Origin: Spirochaetia bacterium
GTDB lineage: Bacteria; Spirochaetota; Spirochaetia; SZUA-6; Bin103
Assembly: GCA_965203515.1 (NCBI GenBank)
Contig: OZ241907.1
Span: 256,001-320,000, forward strand
DNA length: 64,000 nucleotides
Direction of reading: 5' to 3'
The first letter of the stretch is position 1; each line of letters begins with the position of its first letter. Below, piece by piece: positions 59,590 to 64,000 of the stretch. Under the pieces are notes generated by a model. The model saw only the letters and a program-made list of their open reading frames with translations. It did no database searches and had not been told where the DNA came from. The translations under genes and the position numbers were made by a program.

Positions 59590-60140
59590 AGGTGCTCGTG
59601 ATTCCGGAGGATCCAACCCACAACGGTCATATTCTTAAGCCTCTGGTGAAAGCGCTCCTGGCGGATGCCGGCCGACCCGCGGCGCGCGTGCAAATACTTG
59701 AGAATCCAAGGATTCAGGGATACGACGAAGCCCGGCGTGTCATCATGGAGGAACTCCTTGAACGCTACCGATGGCTCGACATCTGGTTGTTCCTTCCCGA
59801 CGCTGACCGGGCAAACGCCGACGCGATGCGCAGACTGGAGAGCGATCTAAAGGATATACCGCTGTTCTGTTGTCCGGCACGCCCCGAGGTGGAGATATAC
59901 GCTTGCGCAGCGTTCCGCAGTGATATGACGGAGACCTGGGACGAAGCGCGAAGGAACCCTCGAATGAAGGAAGAAGTATTCCAACCGCTGATCGAACGGC
60001 ACGGTGACCAAAGACGGCCGGATGGAGGTAGAGGGCCGATGATCAATCAGTCGTTGAGGAATCTTCCGTTGTTGTTTCAACTGTGCCCGGAACTGCAGCG
60101 CCTGCGCGACCGGATCGCGGCGCATCTGAGCGAACATTGA
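59586..60140 (+). CDS. Small TOPRIM-like protein (DUF4276/RloB-like)
   Basis: Beta-strand-Glu N-terminus VLVIPED, LFLPDAD (DxD), PEVE; GTGA-coupled to the ATPase. Confidence 0.65.
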   Translation: MKVLVIPEDPTHNGHILKPLVKALLADAGRPAARVQILENPRIQGYDEARRVIMEELLERYRWLDIWLFLPDADRANADAMRRLESDLKDIPLFCCPARPEVEIYACAAFRSDMTETWDEARRNPRMKEEVFQPLIERHGDQRRPDGGRGPMINQSLRNLPLLFQLCPELQRLRDRIAAHLSEH

Positions 60141-63100
60141 GCGCTTCCGATACCGATACCGATACTCAGGTTCCGCTGCAGCCGGTCGAGGAGCCGATCA
60201 TCTGCTCGCCCTACGCTGAGCCGGCGGCGCACTGGCTGTACGACACCGGCACCGGCCTGCCGTCGAAGATCGAGGGGCGGCGCGAGGCCGGCTACTGGTT
60301 CAAGACCGAGCGGGCGGGGAGCGCTCAGCAGGCGCTGTTCGCCGAGGAGGAACGGGACGATCTGCCGCTGGTGAACGTGCTGCGCGCCGACGTGCGCCGC
60401 TGGCGGCGGGCCGGCTGGCCCGGCTCGTCGCCGACCACCAAGAAGCTGCTGCGCCACTGGTGGCGCGAGGACCGCTCGCGGCGGCTGTTCTTCTGCCAGC
60501 TCGAAGCGGTGGAGACCGTCATCTACCTGCGCGAGCTGCTGGCGCGGGGCAGGAAGCCGCGCTGGACGCCCCGGCTCGCGCTGCGCGAGTTCGAGCTGCT
60601 CGGCAAGGGCCGCAATCCCCGCCCTGAAGAATGGGTGGCGAAGGTGGCGCAGCCGCCCAAGCTCGCCGACTTCCCGAACGGAACCGCCGGCGGGCGGCCG
60701 ATCCCGCGCTACGCCTGCAAGATGGCGACCGGCAGCGGCAAGACCGTGGTCATGGCGATGCTCGCCGCCTGGAGCTTCTGCAACCGCGGCGCCGCTCCCG
60801 CCGACCCGCGCTTCCCGCGCCGCGCGCTGGTGGTCTGCCCCAACCTCACCATCAAGGAGCGGCTGCAGGTGCTGCGCCCGGCCGCGCCCGGCAACTACTA
60901 CGAGGAGTTCGACCTGGTGCCGTCCGCGCTGCGTCCCGAGCTGGCCAAGGGCAGGGTGCTGGTCACCAACTGGCACCGGCTCAGCCCCGACTCCGAGGAG
61001 ATCCGCGTCGGCACGGTGGCGGTCGGCCGGATCGGCGAGGAGACCCCGGAGGCGTTCGCCCGCAACCGCCTGGGCGACCTGTACGACGGCGAGCCGCTGC
61101 TGGTGCTCAACGACGAAGGCCACCACGCCTACCGCCCGGCGCCCGCCGCCGCCGACCTGCCGGCAACCGCGCGGGCCGAGCGCGAGGCGGCCACGGTGTG
61201 GGTGGACGGGCTGGACCGGATCAACGCCGCCTGCGGCATCGACGTCTGCATCGACCTGTCGGCCACGCCGTTCTACCTGCAGGGCAGCGGCTATCCCGAA
61301 GGCTCCCCGTTCCCGTGGATCGTCAGCGACTTCAGTCTGGTCGACGCCATCGAGTGCGGCATCACGAAAATTCCGCGGCTGCCCGCGGCGGACAACACCG
61401 GGCGCCCCGATCCCAAGTACTTCCGGCTGTGGGAGCACGTCACCCGCGACCTGCGACCGGGCGAACGGTTGACCCGGGGGCGGCCGAAGCCGGAGGTGGT
61501 CTACCGCAAGGTCGAAGACGCCCTGCTCACCCTCGCCGGCGAATGGAAGGAGCGGTTCGAGCAGGCGCAGGCGGCCGCGCCCGGCCAGGACCGCACCCCG
61601 CCGGTGATGATCGTGGTGTGCGACAACACCGCCATCGCCACCCACTTCCACCGCATGATCTCCGGCGAGGAACCGGACGCGGACCGCCCGCAGCAAAAGC
61701 GCTACGGCTCCGGCATCAAGGGATTCCCCGAGCTGTGGAACGCCGCCGGCGGCCAGTACACGCTGCGCATCGACTCCAAGCTGCTCGAAGCCGCCGAGAG
61801 CGGCGATCCCGCGGCCACCAGGAAGGACGCCGCCGAGGAGTTGCGCCGCATCGTCGCGACCATCGGCCGGCCCGGCGCGCCGGGGGCGCGCATCCGCTGC
61901 GTGATCAGCGTGAACATGCTCAGCGAGGGGTGGGACGCCAACAACGTGACCCACATCCTGGGGCTCCGCGCGTTTTCGAGTCAGTTGCTGTGCGAGCAGG
62001 TGGTCGGCCGCGGCCTGCGCCGCATGGACTACACGCCGGACCCGGAGACCGGCCTGCTCACCGCGGAGTACGTCGACATCTTCGGCGTGCCGTTCTCGCT
62101 GATCCCGTTCAAGGGCCGCGCGCCGGGCGCGCCGGCGCCGGCGGACGATTCGGCCCCCAAGCATGAGGTGACCGCGCTCCCGGAGCGGCAGGCGTTCGAG
62201 ATTCGCTTCCCGGTGGTGGAAGGCTACGTCATCTCGCTGGAGCGCCACCGCGTCACTTGCGACGTCGCCCAGGTGGAGCGCACGGCGCTCGATCCGGCGA
62301 GCGTGCCGGTCGACACCTTCGTGCGGCCGCAGGTCGGATACAAGGTCGGCGCGCCGGGCCACTACGGCGGCTTCGGATTCGAGTCCGTCGACCGGCAGCG
62401 GTACTACGCCGCGCATCATCCGCAGACGATCGCCTTCGAGATCGCCCGCGACGTGGTGCGCCAGCTCACCGACGCGGCGGACGGCGGCAACGGCAGCGGC
62501 GCCGCCAACGGCAACGGCGCGGCCCGGCAGGTCGCGCGCCACGCGCTGTTCCCGCAGGCGCTGCGGATCGTGCAGGCGTACGTCCGGGAGCGCGTGGACC
62601 TGCGCGGTTGCCACCCGTGCGAGATCGGCCTGCAGACCTATGCGGAACGGATCGCCGCGCTGCTGGCCGCCGCGATCCGGCCGCACGACTCCCAGGGGGA
62701 ACGGCCGCCGCTACCGCGCCTGAACCGCTACCAGCCGCTCGGCAGCACCGCGCGGGTCCGCTTCAAGACCGCGCGCCCGGTGCAGGCGACGCAGGCCAGC
62801 CACCTGAATTACGTGGCCTGCGACACCGGCAGTTGGGAGCAGGCCGCGGCGGTCCGGCTCGAACGGCTGGCCGGGCAGGGCATCGTCGAGTGCTACGCGC
62901 GCAACGACCACCTGGAGTTCACCATCCCCTACCAGCACTACGGCGACGGCGAACCGCGCGCCTACGAGCCCGACTTCATCGTGCGGCTGACCAACGGCCT
63001 CCACGTCGTCCTGGAGATCAAGGGCCAGTCGCGCGCGGACACCGACGCCAAGCACGAAGCGGCCAAGCGCTGGGTGCGCGCCGTCAATCACTGGCGCCGA

Positions 63101-63178
63101 CTCGGCGAGTGGCGCTTCCTGGTATGCCGCGACCCGCAGACCCTCGGCCATCACCTGACGGCAGTTCATTCACGGTAG
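60137..63178 (+). CDS. res: Type III-like restriction subunit (BPTD_3080-like SF2 helicase-nuclease)
   Basis: PIICSPY.EP, FFCQLEA.ET, KMATGSGKT, NDEGHH, LSATP, EGWD, EQVVGRGLRR, YEPDFIV..LEIKG; TTG start overlaps the upstream TGA. Confidence 0.92.
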   Translation: MSASDTDTDTQVPLQPVEEPIICSPYAEPAAHWLYDTGTGLPSKIEGRREAGYWFKTERAGSAQQALFAEEERDDLPLVNVLRADVRRWRRAGWPGSSPTTKKLLRHWWREDRSRRLFFCQLEAVETVIYLRELLARGRKPRWTPRLALREFELLGKGRNPRPEEWVAKVAQPPKLADFPNGTAGGRPIPRYACKMATGSGKTVVMAMLAAWSFCNRGAAPADPRFPRRALVVCPNLTIKERLQVLRPAAPGNYYEEFDLVPSALRPELAKGRVLVTNWHRLSPDSEEIRVGTVAVGRIGEETPEAFARNRLGDLYDGEPLLVLNDEGHHAYRPAPAAADLPATARAEREAATVWVDGLDRINAACGIDVCIDLSATPFYLQGSGYPEGSPFPWIVSDFSLVDAIECGITKIPRLPAADNTGRPDPKYFRLWEHVTRDLRPGERLTRGRPKPEVVYRKVEDALLTLAGEWKERFEQAQAAAPGQDRTPPVMIVVCDNTAIATHFHRMISGEEPDADRPQQKRYGSGIKGFPELWNAAGGQYTLRIDSKLLEAAESGDPAATRKDAAEELRRIVATIGRPGAPGARIRCVISVNMLSEGWDANNVTHILGLRAFSSQLLCEQVVGRGLRRMDYTPDPETGLLTAEYVDIFGVPFSLIPFKGRAPGAPAPADDSAPKHEVTALPERQAFEIRFPVVEGYVISLERHRVTCDVAQVERTALDPASVPVDTFVRPQVGYKVGAPGHYGGFGFESVDRQRYYAAHHPQTIAFEIARDVVRQLTDAADGGNGSGAANGNGAARQVARHALFPQALRIVQAYVRERVDLRGCHPCEIGLQTYAERIAALLAAAIRPHDSQGERPPLPRLNRYQPLGSTARVRFKTARPVQATQASHLNYVACDTGSWEQAAAVRLERLAGQGIVECYARNDHLEFTIPYQHYGDGEPRAYEPDFIVRLTNGLHVVLEIKGQSRADTDAKHEAAKRWVRAVNHWRRLGEWRFLVCRDPQTLGHHLTAVHSR

Positions 63179-63317
63179 AAGACGCGCCTGAACCACGCCA
63201 CGAATGCCAAGGCCGCGGCGCTGTCGTGGCCGAAGTACCGGGCTCGACTGGCCGTGCCATGGCGTGAGTATCGTCTTTGCCTTCGACGCGGAGGATAGAC
63301 GGCTCGATTTGGGGCAC
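63166..63317 (-). pseudogene. DUF3226-like (TOPRIM-like) protein with a large internal deletion
   Basis: N-terminus MPQIEPSILRVEGKDDTHA joins out-of-frame to C-terminus GTASRARYFGHDSAAALAFVAWFRRVF..*. Confidence 0.7.
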
Positions 63318-63320
63318 CGG

Positions 63321-64000
63321 TCAGCGGAGCTCGATCTCTTGGTCGCCGGCTATTGCGATCTCTTCGCCGGCGAAGCACACGGCGCGCTCCAGTGACGGGT
63401 GCACTTTCTGTATGGAGACTTCCCCGGCGAGATCAGGCCGCGACTTCACCAGCGACCCGAGCCCTCGAATGGAGTCATAGCTGTGCGTCGTCGCGAAAAC
63501 CTGCACGTCGGACTCTTTCGCCACTTGGATGAGAAGCCGCCACACGTCTTCCATGACGGTCCAGTGCAGGCCGGCATCGATCTCGTCGATCAGCAGGAAT
63601 CCATGGTTCGCTCCGTGCAGGGCAAGCCGCAACGCGAGCAGGCGCCGCAAACCGTCTCCGTAACTGCCGATCGGCATCCGCCGGCCTCCTCCACGGCGTC
63701 CCACCAGGATGGTGCTACCACTCTTTCCGGCACCTATCAGGAAATGGATCGAGACGATTTCCGGCACGATGAGCTGCATGTCCCGCGCGATTTCGTCTTC
63801 GCGTCCCTCGGCGATCACTTCGTTCCATGCGTCGCTCATCCTGACGGAGGCGGCCTGCGTCCTGTCATCGACAACGGCGTCCATACCCAGATATCGAACC
63901 GGAGGCTCGGAGGATTTTCTGCGCCTTGATCTGCGCCAGAATTCGTACAGGAGCATGCCTTCCTTGTTCACCGAAACACGGCCGGCGATCCATCGGCGCC
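63321..64000 (-). CDS. AAA_21/ABC-type ATPase (5' part outside the window)
   Basis: SYGDGLRR signature, LLIDEIDAGLH, VFATTHSYD, C-terminal EIELR. Confidence 0.88.
   Translation of the reverse strand, partial: RRWIAGRVSVNKEGMLLYEFWRRSRRRKSSEPPVRYLGMDAVVDDRTQAASVRMSDAWNEVIAEGREDEIARDMQLIVPEIVSIHFLIGAGKSGSTILVGRRGGGRRMPIGSYGDGLRRLLALRLALHGANHGFLLIDEIDAGLHWTVMEDVWRLLIQVAKESDVQVFATTHSYDSIRGLGSLVKSRPDLAGEVSIQKVHPSLERAVCFAGEEIAIAGDQEIELR

Overview
Very GC-rich bacterial DNA, densely coding, with no rRNA, tRNA or CRISPR array seen. The two solute-binding proteins have spirochaete-style N-termini (..ATGQEES.., ..ATAEGQDES..). Together with five PhyH dioxygenases, a sulfatase, an ankyrin protein and an Rpn nuclease, this suggests an uncultured high-GC Spirochaetaceae-like organism, possibly a sponge symbiont (inference only). 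The first ~55 kb is mostly catabolism and transport: aceE-aceF, hemL, beta-oxidation genes, tdh-kbl, a GH116 + unknown hydrolase + ABC importer locus, and an unusual E1beta-E1alpha-(lipoyl/E3-binding only)-cupin cluster beside an isomerase-SDR-enolase-aminotransferase cluster. The last ~8 kb is a defence island. It holds a type III-like RM operon whose mod gene has lost its 5' half to a low-GC foreign fragment, with a translationally coupled ABC-ATPase + TOPRIM-like pair (PARIS-like architecture) nested between mod and res. A second, convergent ATPase + internally deleted DUF3226-like gene follows. Several small unannotated gene relics occur across the window (BglII-family REase tail, internally deleted HEPN toxin, DUF6036-like fragment, IS3-like end), as do several apparently leaderless promoters. 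Family assignments are from motif recognition by eye; no database searches were run.
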